NCBI GenBank assembly: GCA_964188305.1
Contig: OZ076900.1
DNA from: Podarcis bocagei
Taxonomy: Eukaryota
Reading direction: 5' to 3' (one strand)
DNA length: 64,000 bases
The first letter of the stretch is position 1, and every line of letters begins with the position of its first letter. Made by a program: the position numbers and the translations under genes. The notes under the pieces are model-generated. The model worked only from the letters and a program-made list of their open reading frames with translations. It was not told the origin of the DNA and searched no databases. Shown here one piece after another: positions 1 through 13,691 of this stretch.

Positions 1-2043
1 CGCCCCAGCACTTTCTCAAAATTTCAAATGTTCCCACTCCTCCAAAAAGCTGGCGACCCCTGTACTGAGAACTCTCAGTCTTTAGGCCTCCTATTATCAT
101 TTATAGTTTCTCTCAGTGCCTCCTAAGAATTTGAGTTCCTGCATTACACTCATTTTGTCCTTAGTAGAGGAAACTGGCTCTGTCTCTCAAATAATCATGA
201 AAGTGCACAATTACCTCCATAATCCTGTCTTCCTAGTTGTCTGTTAGGAGTCACAAAGCCATAGCATTTTCATGCAAAATTGGGGCTTTTTTGAAATTAT
301 TTTTGCACACATTGCAATATCAAAATGATGGGCCAATTTGAAGCTGTGGTATCTATTATACAGAATCCTTGTGATAATCACTTCACTTCTTTATTACAAT
401 GGGAATGACAGCAGGCAGGAAGTGACTGTACTTGGGCGCAGATGTATCCAGATGCAATTTAGTGCTTTGACTGAATTAGTCAGAGATCTTAGCTAGTTTT
501 GAGCATGATGGAAGATCCCACTGTTATTCAGAGCGCAAACAGTTCCAGAAAATGATTTTATTGGCCGAATCTTTAGAGATACATAGGATCCGGTATCATT
601 TTGGTAATAATCAAGGGGAGAGAACAGCAAAAAAACAGCCCCCCCTTCCTTCTTCCATGCTCACAATTACAAACAGAGTTTAGAATTACCATGTCTAATC
701 ATTTATTTAATGTGGGTTAATTAATCAAATGGCAGCACTCTTGACACTATGGTGATATGTGTAAGTTGGGGCCAGCCCAACATTAGCCATAGTGGGGTGG
801 CAGACCTGTGTGCGCACCACTTGGTCTGCCTCTGTGCCCTCGTAAACTAACCTGCTGTCCTCAGGTGTGGTGCTGAATGAACCTAAGAGGAGCCTATGGT
901 ACCCTGCTACTCTGAAGACAAGAAAGCTTAATTAAGAAGCTGATTTCTCCAGTCACTCCCAGACCTGCAGGATAACAATAGTAAAAAAAGATAGCGAGAT
1001 CTGCAACAAAATGTTGCAGTGTGCAGGGCTCCTGTTCTGGATTCCACCCACGCATGCTCTTTCCCAGAACAATCCATTCCATTCCCCCCCCCCTCCAGTT
1101 TTCTATTCCCTCCCCCAATAGTCAGTTAGTGCATTCCATGGCCACTGAGCATGCTCAGTCCTAATTGGCTGTTTTTGGGTTCCCTACCAACTTAGATTTT
1201 GCTTTCAAAAGGTTTTGTTTTTGTTTTGTTTTTGGTACTTCTGCAGGCCATGGGGTTGATCCAAGCCTGCTGATACCTTCCTCGTGTGCATGGATGGTCC
1301 ACAGTTTACTAGTTTAAATTAACAGTTCACTTTTAATATGTATCAGGCACAGTGCTCTCCAGATGTTGCAGACTGCATTGTTTTAAAATGTATTTTTTCA
1401 AAACAAAATCACATTTCTGTATACATTTTATCCTACAATGTGCATTTTGTACGCAATTCATTGATGGCTACACACTTTCACAGTAAGAGGAGTCTGAATA
1501 CCAGATTCCAGAAATTTCAGGAGGGTAGACTGCTCTGGGACCCAGTCCTGCTTGCAAGCTTCCCATAGGCATCTGGTTGGCCACTGTGAGAACAGGATAC
1601 TGAACTGTGTTGGGCCACTGGCTACAGAGCTGTTCTTAAGTTCCTATGAATGTGATTTATTTATTTTTAACTGTACCGGAAAATTCAGAGGAAGTGTGAA
1701 AACCGTAGTATACCTGCACTTTAATGCTCTTTTTAGTCTGGGAAGGGCAAAGCAGGAACATAGGAAGCTGCCTCATACTGAATCAGACTGTTTGTCCATC
1801 TAGGTCAGTACTGACTGGCAGACTAACTGACTGTCTACTGACTGGCGGCATCTCTACAGAAATCTCTGCCATCCATACCTGGAGATGCCCATTCAAAACC
1901 CAAGACCCCACTGTAGCAGGTACCTGGCACTGCAAACCACCTCTCTCATTCCCTGCAACCCACACTCTGCCCATGAAAAGATACTCTCTATCAAACTCCT
2001 CATCCTGGCCCCACTCCACCCTCTGCCTGTATCCCCCAATAAC

Positions 2044-2836
2044 TGTTGCTCTCACTCTTGGCTCCCCTCCTCCACTGGACTCACCCTCTGCTGGCACAGT
2101 TTGGAGGAGGAAGATGAGGAAGAGCTTGAATATGTGAAAAAAGATGCTCCGTTTGAAGTTCGAACAAGACAGGGGACTCTTTTCTCCGAAAGAAAAGGAC
2201 AGTCATGTTTTTCTAGGGACAGGTGGCAACCCTATAGACTCCCTTATAAGCTCTACTTTCAATGAAGGTTTAGAATTTGAGCAAGGTCATAAATTCATGA
2301 ATTTAGCAAGGGCAAGAAATAATGCTTGCTAGCTTCCTCATGAAACAGCTTGCTGTGGGTGGGTCTTGAAGAAACAAAAGGCTGGGAAGGACCTGGCTTG
2401 TTTGATAATGGCAAACTATTGGCAAAACATCTGACTCTCTGCCTAGTAGTTTTTGGGGTAGGAAAAAGGGGCCTTTTGCAGTGGGCTTGAGAAACAGATT
2501 GCCAGGGTGACCGGGGGGCAGGATGCTGGAAGTGGGAGGACAGGAGTTGTTTTCTGCAAGTGCTGCTGGGAAGGAGGAACAGGAAGTTGGTTGAACTAGA
2601 CGGAGTGTGTGTGCTTAATTTTGTGTTTCATTGCTGTGAAGGACCTTCTTGAGATGTAAATGCTGTGAACTCTCCATAACACACAGGTGTAAATATGTGT
2701 GAATAAACCATATTTCATAAAGTTGCTAGCATCCATTGTGTTCCATTTTCCCCAAAGAAACATAAACCCTGGTTAAGTGCCAAGACCCCTGGACTCTCTT
2801 GCTACCGCTTGGCAGAGATTGGGGTGGCCTGTAACA
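2044..2836 (+). mobile_element. Possible solo LTR
   Basis: Begins TGTTGC, ends TGTAACA, AATAAA at ~2702; no clean TSD. Confidence 0.4.
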
Positions 2837-3785
2837 ATACAAAGGATGTGTTTAGAGAGTTAATTGCTGCTGTAGTTACATGGGAGAGTAAGCTTCGTTG
2901 AACTCAACAAGGCTTGCATCTGATCAGGCATGTGTAGGATTGCACTATTAATCATCTTAAGTTATTTTGTTTATGCAGACACCCAGTTTGGGAGATTAAA
3001 TCATGTGACTGAGTAAAAAAGGAAGAAATAAAATCTTCACTATCTTTATAGTACTGTACAGAACACGGCAGATAGATAATTCTGCTCTGATTTCACACCA
3101 CATAGAGCTGAAAGCTTTCAGCTTTGCATGTGTAATTCCTGTTGACTTGAAAGCTCCCCAGGCAATTCCTAATTTTCATTTAAGACTTCCCTTTCCTCAT
3201 TGAAAGCTGAATGATTTCCTTCTGTGGTTTTATCAATGGACCAGAAGGACTGATAAGATTGCTTCCTTCCTCTGCTAGCTACTCTTGGACTTCTGCCATC
3301 CATGTTGAAAAGTAATATATTTGCCTTCCTGTCTTGAGCAGAAGCTAAATGTAGTGGGAGGCAATTTAAGTAGCTTCATTCACAGAAAGCAACCAGAAAT
3401 GTTGAACAAGCATAAACAGATTTGCATCAGTGCAAGTCAGTAAATCCCTGTTGCATCTTGCAAAAGCCTCTTAAGGTATTTTTGAGGAGCCAAAAGTGTT
3501 TGGGCTGCCCCCATTTTCCTACTCCCTCTTGTTCTAGCACAGTGGGTCTTCCAGGGAGATAACAGATGGTGTTCTGATGCACAGCAAGGATGGAAGAAAA
3601 AAAGAGAGCCTTGATATGTTCCTGTATCTGTCCATAGCCCTCACTGTGTTCCCATCTTCCTGTGCATAAATAAAGTTTCATGGTAGGGAGGAAGCTAGAA
3701 AGCTGCCTTATACAGATCCAAACCATTGTGGTCCATCAGGCTCAGTCTGGCCTGATCTGATTGGAAGAGGCTCTCCAGTGTTTCA

Positions 3786-4051
3786 GGGCTCATCCACATT
3801 TCACTTGTCCTGTACCTAGAAAGCTCGGGTCCAGGAGGTTTCCCTCTTGACCCGTGCATTCTGGGCACAGGTTGAAGCTGTTTTGTTTACTTACGCCCCT
3901 ACCACTTTCCCGGGAAAACTAGCTGTTTTCTGCTGAATCAGAGCAAATGTCAGTCCATAGAAAGTCCAATTGATGTTTGCTCCAAATCAGTGGTAAACTG
4001 CAGATTTTCCTGGGGGAAAGCAGCAGGACAAGTGGAAATGTGGATGAGCCC
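3786..4051. mobile_element. PIF/Harbinger-like MITE nested in a Squam3-like SINE
   Basis: 27-bp TIR GGGCTCATCCACATTTCACTTGTCCTG (one-base difference between arms); 3-bp TSD TCA; SINE halves at ~3700-3785 and ~4052-4145. Confidence 0.8.
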
Positions 4052-4175
4052 TCATTCAGGTGATCTTTCCAGTCCCACCTGGAGATGACAGTGATTGAAC
4101 AAGGGGCCTTCTGCAAGCAAAGCAGGTACTTTGCCACTAAGTTCATGCAGGATTAGGTGGAGAGCAAGCACCATT

Positions 4176-4825
4176 GTCTTCTTCTTCTTCTTTGGTGATC
4201 ACTTGTAGCCGAGTAAGATTGTCTTCCATAAGCACGGTTTTAACAATGAATCTGTAAGTGACTGTGGAGGCCAGTTCTGGATCCACACATCCTTCCACAG
4301 TGGGGACATAGGTTTCCGGGCAGGAGTTGATCATGGTGTGGATTTGCCAAGCATACCTTCCTCTTAGCACGTTTCTCCCTTGCATCCTGAGTTTGAGTAT
4401 CTTCAAAGCCCATGACACCATGACAGTAAAGGCTGTTCTGCAATTGAAGCGCTCACATGCAAGTGTTTCCTAATTGTTGGTGTTTATACTTCTTTTTTTT
4501 TAGATTAGCCTTGATACAGTCTTTAAACCTCTTTTGTTGACCACCAGCATTATGCTTTCCATTTTTAAGTTCGGAATAGAGTGGTTGCTTTGGAAGACGA
4601 TAATCAGGCATCCACACAACATGACCAGTCCAGCAGAGTTGATGTTGAAGAATCATTGCTTCAACACTGGTGATCTTTGCTTCTTCCAGTACACTGGTAT
4701 TAGTTTGCCTATCTTCCCAAGTGATGTGTAAAAATTTTCGGAGACACCGTTGATGGAATCTTTTGAGGGTTGGAGATGGTGTTTATAAGTGGTCCATGTT
4801 TCACAAGGATACAGTATGGGCAAAG
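4176..4825 (-). mobile_element. RTE-clade LINE (non-BovB) 3' fragment
   Basis: WTGHVVWMPDYRLPKQPLYSELKNG...KRFKD and a C-terminal C2H2 finger CPHCGRMCGSRTGLHSHLQIH; (GAA)n tail. Confidence 0.85.
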
Positions 4826-5047
4826 TTTTGAGGCGTACATGATAACCCCAGTGCCCAAGCATAGATTTTTTTCTGGGTTTGGCATAAACTTGCAAAATAG
4901 GATTCTTGTTTATGCCACAATCCCTGGCCTTTCTTTTAAAATTGGGGGATTAGTTGACACCCGTTGGCTTCTTTAATTGATTTAGCAAGATCTATCTATT
5001 ACTTAATGTTTTTTGTATAAGCAGTTCACATAAAATGGTATAAAATA

Positions 5048-5401
5048 CAGTGGTGCCTCGCAAGACGAAATTAATTCGTTCCGTGAATTTTTTCGTCTAG
5101 CGAATTTTTCGTCTTGCAAAGCACGGTGTCGGGAAAGTTTTGGAAAAGCTTCAAAAATCACCAAAGTCTTCAAAAACCTCAAAAAAGGCTACCACACCAC
5201 GTGCTATGAGTTGCTCCTCGAAGTCAAGTTGCAACTGTATTAACGGTGTTAAGAAAAAGGAAACAAACTTGCAAGACGTTTTCGTCTTGCAAAGCAAGCC
5301 CATAGGGAAATTCGTCTTGTGAAGCAGCTCAAAAAACACAAAACCCTTTCGTCTAGCGAGTTTTTTGTCTTGCGAGGCATTCGTCTTGCGGGGCACCACT
5401 G
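5048..5401. mobile_element. pogo/Tigger-like MITE, family A
   Basis: TIR CAGTGGTGCCYCGCAAGACGA, TA TSD, repeated subterminal CGCAAGACG motifs. Confidence 0.9.
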
Positions 5402-5882
5402 TATTCATTTAAAAGTAATAACACTTTCAAAGAGTAGATAAAACAGCCCCTCAGTCCCTTCCCCCACCTCCCGGAAAATCCCCCAAGAGCCGCGCTCCCT
5501 TTAAAGAGCTGTGCCTAGCATGTGTGCTCTTGGGGGCTTCTCCCTCCTCAGGGAAAAGCCTGCAAGGGCGACACACACACTCCACGCGGCTCGTGAAAGG
5601 GAGTGCTGAGCAGAGCCTGGGATGCATACAGGCTCTACTCAGCGCTCCCTTTAAAGAATTCCCCCCCTTGCAATCCCCCTCTAAAAACTAGGTGTGTCTT
5701 ATGGTCAGGTGTGTCTAATGGACTGAAAAATACGGTCTCTGATACAGATTTTAAAAACAAATGTACCTAATAAATTTACATGTCTAGGTATAGTTATTTC
5801 TTTAGCAAGATGTTAGTTCCCTCTGTTGAAATGCCTTATGATTTTGCCTAATTATAGCCACTCATGGAAATATGGTTTAGAG

Positions 5883-6067
5883 CAGTGGTTCCCAATGGGT
5901 GGTCCACAGACCCTTGAGGGTCCGTGTAACCCAACCAGAGGGCTGGTGGCACCATTTACATAACAAAACTACCATAGAGATATGATTATTTTTTTTCAAA
6001 GGTAGGGGGTCCATGGCTTGGCTTTTGAAAAACAGGTCCACAGTATTTAGCTAATTGGGGACCACTA
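5883..6067. mobile_element. hAT (Charlie-like) MITE
   Basis: CAGTGGTTCCCAA...TTGGGGACCACT(A). Confidence 0.65.
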
Positions 6068-6548
6068 GTATATAGGACTACCCTTGGGATCTATTATCAG
6101 TTCTTCTAAGCACTTTGGTAACTAGAATGCCTAACTCATTTTCTTTCCATTTTGGGGCCTGTAAAACTTAGCAGCACAGGTTTCAACCATCCCTAGGATC
6201 ACCATCCCTGAAAAGTAGTGTTTGTCCCATCCTCCTGCTGACATCTTTACCCTGTTGGCTGCTCCAACTTTTGCATGGCACATGCCAGCAGAAGTGATAG
6301 CTATGACCCTAGGTCTGAGTAGCAATTACTCAGTTTGCGGGGTGCTGTAAAATGCAGGGTTTTCACTGAAACACTGCAAAATTATTGCCAAACTTTGCCA
6401 TGCGTGTGATTTGGACACTGTTGGATTTTTGATGTATGGAGTTTGGAGGGAATCCCAAATTTTGGGGTTTGTAGTTAATTATCCTCCAGCAGGCACTGTG
6501 AATACCTGCCTCCTATTATTAAAGTGGAACACATTATCAATATGGCAT

Positions 6549-7329
6549 GTTGTTGTTTAGTCGTTTAGTCGTGTCCGACTCTTCGTGACCCCATGGACCA
6601 GAGCACGCCAGGCACTCCTGTCTTCCACTGCCTCCCACAGTTTGGTCAGACTCATGTTTGTAGCTTTGAGAACACTGTCCAACCATCTCGTCCTCTGTCG
6701 TCCCCTTCTCCTTGTGCCCTCCATCTTTCCCAACATCAGGGTCTTTTGCAGGGAGTCTTCTCTTCTCATGAGGTAGCCAAACTATTGGAGCCTCAACTTC
6801 ACAATCTGTCCTTCCAGTGAGCACTCAGGGCTGATTTCCATAAGAATGGATAGGTTTGATCTTCTTGCAGTCCATGGGACTCTCAAGAGTCTCCTCCAGC
6901 ACCATAATTCAAAAGCATCAATTCTTCAGTAATCAGCCTTCTTTATGGTCCAGCTCTCACTTCCATATATCACTACTGGGAAAACCATGTCTTTAACTAT
7001 ATGGACCTTTGTTGGTAAGGTGATGTCTTTGCTTTTTAAGATTCCGTCTAGGTTTGCCATCGCCTTTCTCCCAAGGAGCAGGCATCTTTTAATTTCGTGG
7101 CTGCTGTCACCATCTGCAGTGATCATGGAGCCCAAGAAAGTAAAATCTCTCACCGCCTCCATTTCTTCCCCTTCTATTTGCCAGGAGGTGATGGGACCAG
7201 TGGCCATGATCTTCGGTTTTTTTGATGTTGAGCTTCAGACCATATTTTGCGCTCTCCTCTTTCATCCTCATTAAAAGGTTCTTTAATTCCTCCTCACTTT
7301 CTGCCATTAAGGTTGTGTCATCTTCACCT
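6549..7329 (-). mobile_element. BovB (RTE) LINE, 5'-truncated
   Basis: ORF fragments ITLPTKV...YGSESWTIKKA and GHLMRREDSLQKTLMLGKMEG; (CAA)n tail; 12-bp TSD TCAATATGGCAT at 6537-6548 and 7330-7341. Confidence 0.95.
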
Positions 7330-7957
7330 TCAATATGGCATAGCAGCAATCAAAGTCTGAGGTAACTACTAGCAATGGCGAAGAAACTCAATTCAGTTCA
7401 GCTTACTTTCCAAAACATTATGACAACTGAATTTTGCATACAACAATAGAAAGTAGTTGTGTTGGTCAATATGAAAAAAATCCTAAAAGCCATGGTATTG
7501 TAATACCTTTACTAAATCTCACAGAGGCTTGAGCAAGCTTTCCAGTTCTCCAGTATATTTGTGATCCATATATATTTTGCTTGGTCACCTTTAACATGTT
7601 TATCTTACTTTTCTATAAAATTATACTCAAAAAGGTAAATAACACATCCACAAAAGCATTAAACAATAATAATCTATCCAAAATTTAAAATTCACTTTGC
7701 AACTAAGAACAGTATTTCCCAATGGGAAATTCATAACTGAACATGATGCGACAATTTCTCTAAAACAGCAGCAGCAGCAACATAACCACACACAAGAGCT
7801 GTCAGAATTCTAGCTCATGATTCTAGAATTCTAGCTCAGGCCTTTAAAGTCCTAAACAGGGTTGGGGAACCTGTGGCCCTTGAGATGCTGTCCAGTTCAC
7901 AAAATAAGGTGGGTACCTAATTCAGGAAACTGGTTTAAGGGCCTTTATGTTCCGTGC

Positions 7958-8480
7958 AATGACAAACCTAGACAGCATCTTAACAAGTAGAGACGTCACA
8001 TTGCCAACAAAGGTCTGCATAGTAAAAGCTATGATTTTCCCAGTAGTGATGTATGGAAGTGAGAGCTGGACCATAAAGAAGGCTGATCGCCGAAGAATTG
8101 ATGCTTTTGCATTATGGTGCTGGAGGAGACTCTTGAGAGTCCCGTGGACTGCAAGAAGATCAAACGTATCCATTCTTAAGGAAATCAGCCCTGAGTGCTC
8201 ACTGGAAGGACAGATCATGAAGCTGAGGCTCCAATACTTTGGCCACCTCATGAGAAGAGAAGACTCCCTGCAAAAGACCCTGATGTTGGGAAAGATGGAG
8301 GGCACAAGGAGAAGGGGACGACAGAGGACGAGATGGTTGGGTAGTGTTCTTGAAGCTACCAGCATGAGTTTGACCAAACTGCGGGAGGCAGTGGAAGACA
8401 GAAGTGCCGGGCATGCTCTGGTCCATGGGGTCACGAAGAGTCGGACACGACTAAACGGCTAAACGACTAAACAACAACAA
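7958..8480 (+). mobile_element. BovB (RTE) LINE, 5'-truncated
   Basis: Open C-terminal ORF fragment (...HGVTKSRTRLN); CAA tail; 11-bp TSD ATGTTCCGTGC at 7947-7957 and 8481-8491. Confidence 0.95.
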
Positions 8481-9220
8481 ATGTTCCGTGCCACACACTT
8501 TTGACATGTACTATACTAATTTCCCAGCTATTGGAAAGAGTAATGTATTGTATCAACTTGCTTCCCTAAAATGTCCGGATATTTTAAAGTGTCTAATCCT
8601 GATCCCCCACAACCCTCTAGGCTTTCAAAGAATGAAATGTATCTGACATTAATCCAGCCAACTCCACACAGTTGCGGCTGTAATAACACGGAACCAGCAA
8701 CATTCCTCACCTATGATTTGGCTAAGCTGAAAATGGCTTGGAAAAACTCTCTCTTTATTGAAAACCATCCTCGTTAGGAAGTTTAAGAGGTGAAGTCATA
8801 ATGTGGACTAGTCACAGCTAGGAGAAAACAATGCCGTCCCACACTCAAGCGCTCATTAACCTGACAGGAATCTAGATTATCAGGGTGTTAGAGCTATTAC
8901 CCTTCAATTGTGTTTGCTTTTCAGCTGTTATTTTGTTCATGATTGACGGTAAGAGCTGAGTTTTAAAACCAGACTTGGAATAATGTAATGGTTTTCCATT
9001 ACAAAGCACCATGTGGATTAATAGTCTGAACAGAGAAGCAAAGGTGCCTGTTCATTCTCCACTGATAATACTGCTATATATTCTGGCATATAAAAGTTAA
9101 TCACAACAAATACACTGTGTTTTTGTTCCTTTGTTATTGCCATTAAACTTCAAAAACACGCAGGAAGAATTAACATATAAATGCTATCTGATACTGAGTC
9201 ACATCACTGGTCCATCTAGC

Positions 9221-9356
9221 CAGGTTTTCTCAACCTTGGGTCCCCAGATGTTGTTGGACTACAACTCCTATCAGCCCTAGCTAGCAGGGCAAGCGGTCAG
9301 ACATAATGGGTGTTGTAGTCCAATAGTACCTGAGGACCTAAGGTTGAGAAAAGCTG
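9221..9356. mobile_element. Palindromic hAT-type MITE
   Basis: CAGGTTTTCTCAACCTT...GGACTACAACTCC...AAGGTTGAGAAAAGCTG. Confidence 0.75.
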
Positions 9357-9369
9357 AATTATCCTAGTG

Positions 9370-9799
9370 CAGTGGTTTTCAGTCAGTGTGCCATGGCACC
9401 CTGGGGTGCCTTGAATGATGGTCAGGAATGCCATGGGCAACATTGGCTTCTGTCCCTCTTTTCTTCCCTTCCTCCTCTGATGCCCTCTCGTGTCTCTGCC
9501 TCCCCAAGGCTTGCACAGCTGTTTGTTGCAGTAGCCCTGGCTACAAGCTCCCCAGGCGAATGGTGCCTCTGGGGCTGGCCAGGGGGTGCTCCTCAGGGGT
9601 GGGAGCTGTGGCTAACCAGAGGACTCCGAAGGGGAGAGGATAGGAGGGGAACACTCAAGGGAGGGTTTCAAAAAAGGGTGAGATGCTGCCAGCTCTGCAG
9701 GAAAGGGGTGACATCACTGGGCTCCTGATCCCCACAGGGGTGCAGAAAGAATGTAGTTGGTCAAGGGAGCCGTGAACTCAAAAAGATTGAAAACCTCTG
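9370..9799. mobile_element. hAT (Charlie-like) non-autonomous element
   Basis: CAGTGGTTTTCA...TGAAAACCTCTG; 8-bp TSD TCCTAGTG/TCCTAGTC. Confidence 0.8.
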
Positions 9800-9934
9800 T
9801 CCTAGTCTTAATACTGAGTGGCAGTGGATCTTCATGGAGTTAGATACAAAGTTCCCAGGACTGGCAAGGAGCAATTTGTTGGGGAGGGGGCACATGTAGG
9901 TACGGCTGGAAACAAGTATATGGGTGGCTCCTTT

Positions 9935-9992
9935 CTCCCTCCCTCCCTCCCTCCCTCCCTCCCTCCCTCCCTCTCTCTCTCTCCCTCTCTCT
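9935..9992. repeat. (CCCT)n/(CT)n microsatellite
   Basis: Seen directly in the sequence. Confidence 0.9.
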
Positions 9993-10629
9993 GTCACCTT
10001 CATTTCTCTGCCCCCCTGACCCTCCAACATAATGAGTCCCAAAACTGGGATGCGAGTCTTCCTGTCAGTGATCTCATGTGAGTCACATGACCCCATACCC
10101 TCCAACATTTCTCTGATGAAAATAGGGATGTCCCATTCCATAATGATAATTTTAGTATTTATATTCCACACGTGGAGTATAAATACCCAACACTGGGTTG
10201 CCCCAGCCACTCTGCACAGCTTCCAACATATATCAAAACAGAATAAAACATTAAACATTAAAAAAACTTTCCTATATAGAATTGCCTTCTGGCAGTTCAG
10301 AGGTCGGATAACTCCATACCCTCCAACATTTCTCCAATGAAAATAAGGACATCGTGCATTTGGGGGCTCCACATGAGATCATGGCAATGAAAAAATGCTT
10401 TTCTCAGGACAAGATCTTGGCACGAGATCACGCGAGACCATGGCGCCCCAAATGGCTGCCATGCTCTCACAGGAAGAAAAGAGTTTTTCTGGGATACTTG
10501 CAGGGTACGCCCCCCCCTTTCATCCATTCCCCCCCTCCTCACCATGCCCATGAAATTAGGTTAAGGGTTGTGGGTTTCCCTTAAATCAGGGTTGGTGAGC
10601 CATTATAGCTCCAAAGGCCAGGTCCTTAT

Positions 10630-11400
10630 CAGGATCATAATGCCATTGTACAAATCTATGGTGTGATCATGCTTGGAATACTTTGTCCAGTTCTGGCCTC
10701 CTCGCCACAAAAAGGATATTGTGAAGTTGGGAAAATTTCAGAAAAAGGCAACCAAAATGATCAAGGGGATAAAGTGACTCCCCTAGGAGGAAAGGTTGCA
10801 GCTTTTGGTTTAGAGAAAAGGCAAGTAAAAGATGACATGATAGGACATTATAAAGCTATGCATAGCCTGCATAGACTGCAGAAAATGGGTACAGAAAGGC
10901 TTTTCTCTTTCTCCCGTAACGCTAGAACTCATGGACACCCAATGAAGCTCATTGTTGGAGGATTCAAGACAAATAAAAGAAAGCACTTATTCACACAGTA
11001 ACTATGGAACTTGCTCCCATGGGAGGCAGCGATGGCCACCAACTTGAATGACTTTAAAAGAGGGTTGACAAATTAATGAAGGAGAAGGCTATTGATGGCT
11101 ACTGGCCATGACGACTAAGTTCTGCTTCCAAGGTCAGAAGCAGCAATACTTCTGAATACCAGTTGTTGGAAACCAGAGGCAGGCGGAGTGCTCCTGTGCT
11201 TGGCTACAAGTGATTACAGCTATGCTCATCAACCTCCACAGTTGAAGGCAGCGATGCTTCTTAATACCAGTTGCAGGGAACCACAGAACAGGAGACTGTT
11301 CTTGCTTCCAGACTTCCCAGAGAAATCTGGTTGGCCACTGTGAGAACAGGTTACTGGATTAGATGGGCCATGGCCTGATCCAGCAGGCTCTTCTTATGGT
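10630..11400 (+). mobile_element. CR1 LINE 3' fragment
   Basis: Degenerate ORF2 C-terminus (LEYxVQFW, THGHPMKL) and a CR1-type 3'UTR ending GGCCTGATCCAGCAGGCTCTTCTTATG. Confidence 0.85.
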
Positions 11401-12414
11401 CTGTCTTGGAGGCCAAATTTGGCAGGTGAGTGGGACCACCCACCTGTCACTTACCTGAGATCACAAAAATGATGTCAGGTGATTTTGCACTTTGAAGTCC
11501 TGAAATCAGCAGCAGCACCTACAAAGCACCTGTTGGGCAGGCCCTACCCTTACCTGTCCCACATGTGACCATGTATGATTGCCCAAAACAGCCTCACAGG
11601 CCAAATGGGAAAGTCCATAGATTTCTCTTAGACATATATAAGCAGAGCTGATCTAAGTCACTTTGCTGCCTAGACAAGCTAGCTTCCTCTCTCTTGTGGG
11701 TACAGATGCCAACAACAATGGTCTTATCTTAGTTTTAATACTTGAGATGGGCTAGCAGCCTCTACTGCACCTAAGGGCAGCATACTCTCTTACAGGTTGC
11801 AGGGCAGGCTGTGTGGCTCACTCACCTCCAGTATATCACTGCTTCTACCTAGCTTCCTAAATCTGCCACCTGAGGCAGCAGCAGCCTCTCTCTGCCTAGT
11901 GGTAGGGCCAGCTCCGGACAAGGTTCCTTTCCATCACCTGCAACAAAATTGACAAATGTCCTCTGCAAATTAGGGTGATTTGCATCAATAAATTTCCTGT
12001 CTGCGCAAGAACTTTTTCTGATGCTCTAGAGCAGGTCCTGTGGTCCTTCGGATGCTTTTGGATTGCCAAATGCCAGTGCCAGAATATCCAATAGTTTGGG
12101 GTGGTGGGGGTTGACGTCCAGCAACACCTGGAGGGCCACAGGTCCCCCATTGCGGCTTAATTTAGGATGTTTATTTTACTTGCATTAAAAAGCAAAGCTA
12201 AACAATATTGAACTGCCAAGCTTGCCTAACATTGTAGTTACAGTTGGCATCAATTCATTGTAACTAAGGAACTTACAAAGTGGGTTTGTTTTTGCAGAAA
12301 ACCTTCTACCCCACATCACGGACATCTATCTAGCCCTTGTTTGTTGGAGATGCTGGGAGTGAACCTGGGAGCATTTTCTGCATGTAAAACATGGGTTCTC
12401 CCATTCTGCTTTGG

Positions 12415-12612
12415 GGGAGGGCTGCAGCTAAGTGGAGTGCTAGAGCTCTGATTTGCATGCGGAAGGTCCCAAATTCAACCCACAACTTCCCCAGGTACGG
12501 TTGGAAATATTGCTACTCTGAGCCCATAGAGAGTCACTGTCAAACAATGTGGACAATACTGAGCTAGATGGACCAATGGTTTGACTAAGTACAAGGCAGC
12601 CTCCCATGTTCC
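12415..12612 (+). mobile_element. tRNA-derived SINE (Squam3-like)
   Basis: tRNA head (GCTAAGTGG...GCATGCGGAAGGTCCC) and tail CTAGATGGACCAATGG...AAGGCAGCCTCCCATGTTCC. Related copies at ~1755-1810(-), ~12340-12405(-), ~14430-14560(-) and ~61228-61345(+). Confidence 0.75.
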
Positions 12613-12779
12613 CTCCCCTGAAACTGCTGAATCTTATATATCTCATATAGAATTATATATTTTGGATATATAATTTTTGGAAATTATGAATGAAAAGCTT
12701 CTTTCTTTACAGGAAAGATGTGGCTCAAGATCATTGCTCCAGTGGTGTACCGTAATTCTCCTTACTGTGGCTCCTAGGT

Positions 12780-13320
12780 TGTCTATGCTCTGGTAACCTC
12801 TAGGTTCAATTACAGCAATGTGTTATATGTGGGCCTGCCACTGAAAACAGTTTAGAAACTGCTGGTGCAGAATTCAGTGGCCAGTTTGCTTACTGGGGCA
12901 AGACTGTCTAAGCACATAGCACCAATCCTGCCCTGATTGCACTGGCTGCCAATTAGTTTTTGGGCCTACAAACCCTTAAATGGCTCAGGACTGCAATACC
13001 TCAAGGACCACCTCTCCCCATATGAACTGACCTGGAGCCTGCAATCTGAAGCCCTTATTCATGTGCTGCCTCCACATAAGCATAGGTCTTTTCAGTGGTG
13101 GCTCCTTGTTTGTGGAGACTCACCTGGTGTCATCACAACATATATTTAGGCACACAACAAAAAAAAACCCTTTTTTGAAAGGGCTTTGGTTTTTAAGCTA
13201 TCTATGCCCTTTTTGCATAGTAAGATGTTTTATTCCTTTTTAAATGGTCTTTTAGATTTTTTAAATGTTGGTTTTGATGTTTATATGTGTTAGTTTACTT
13301 AAAATATTGTTAGTCACTTT
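12780..13320 (+). mobile_element. L2 LINE 3' fragment
   Basis: Degenerate LVTSRxxYSNxLYVGLPLK...LHWLP...KPLNGSG. Confidence 0.75.
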
Positions 13321-13551
13321 GAGTTGCTGTAGCATAAAAGTGACTAGTGAATGGAACAAGCTGACAACAGCAACAACAACAACAACAACAACGTGTTGTA
13401 TACAATGTATAGTGCAATGGTGAGGTATAAGTGTGCACTGGACAGTATGCCGGGTGGACCTGTTCATCAAATTTGTTCGCATGCAGACATGCTGTTACAG
13501 TGACTGTGCCATCACTGTTCATTCCCATCTTGGTTTTTTAACTCTCTAAAC

Positions 13552-13691
13552 CAGATTTTGCCAAACTGGTGTCCTCCATATGCTTTTGGACGACATATCC
13601 CATCAGCCCCACTATCGTACAGCCTTGCTGGATGGCACTGAAAGGATCTCTAATCCAAAACACCTGGCAGGAGCCAGGCTGGCAAAGGTTG
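13552..13691. mobile_element. hAT-type MITE
   Basis: Imperfect TIRs; 8-bp TSD CTCTAAAC/CTCTTAAC. Confidence 0.65.
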
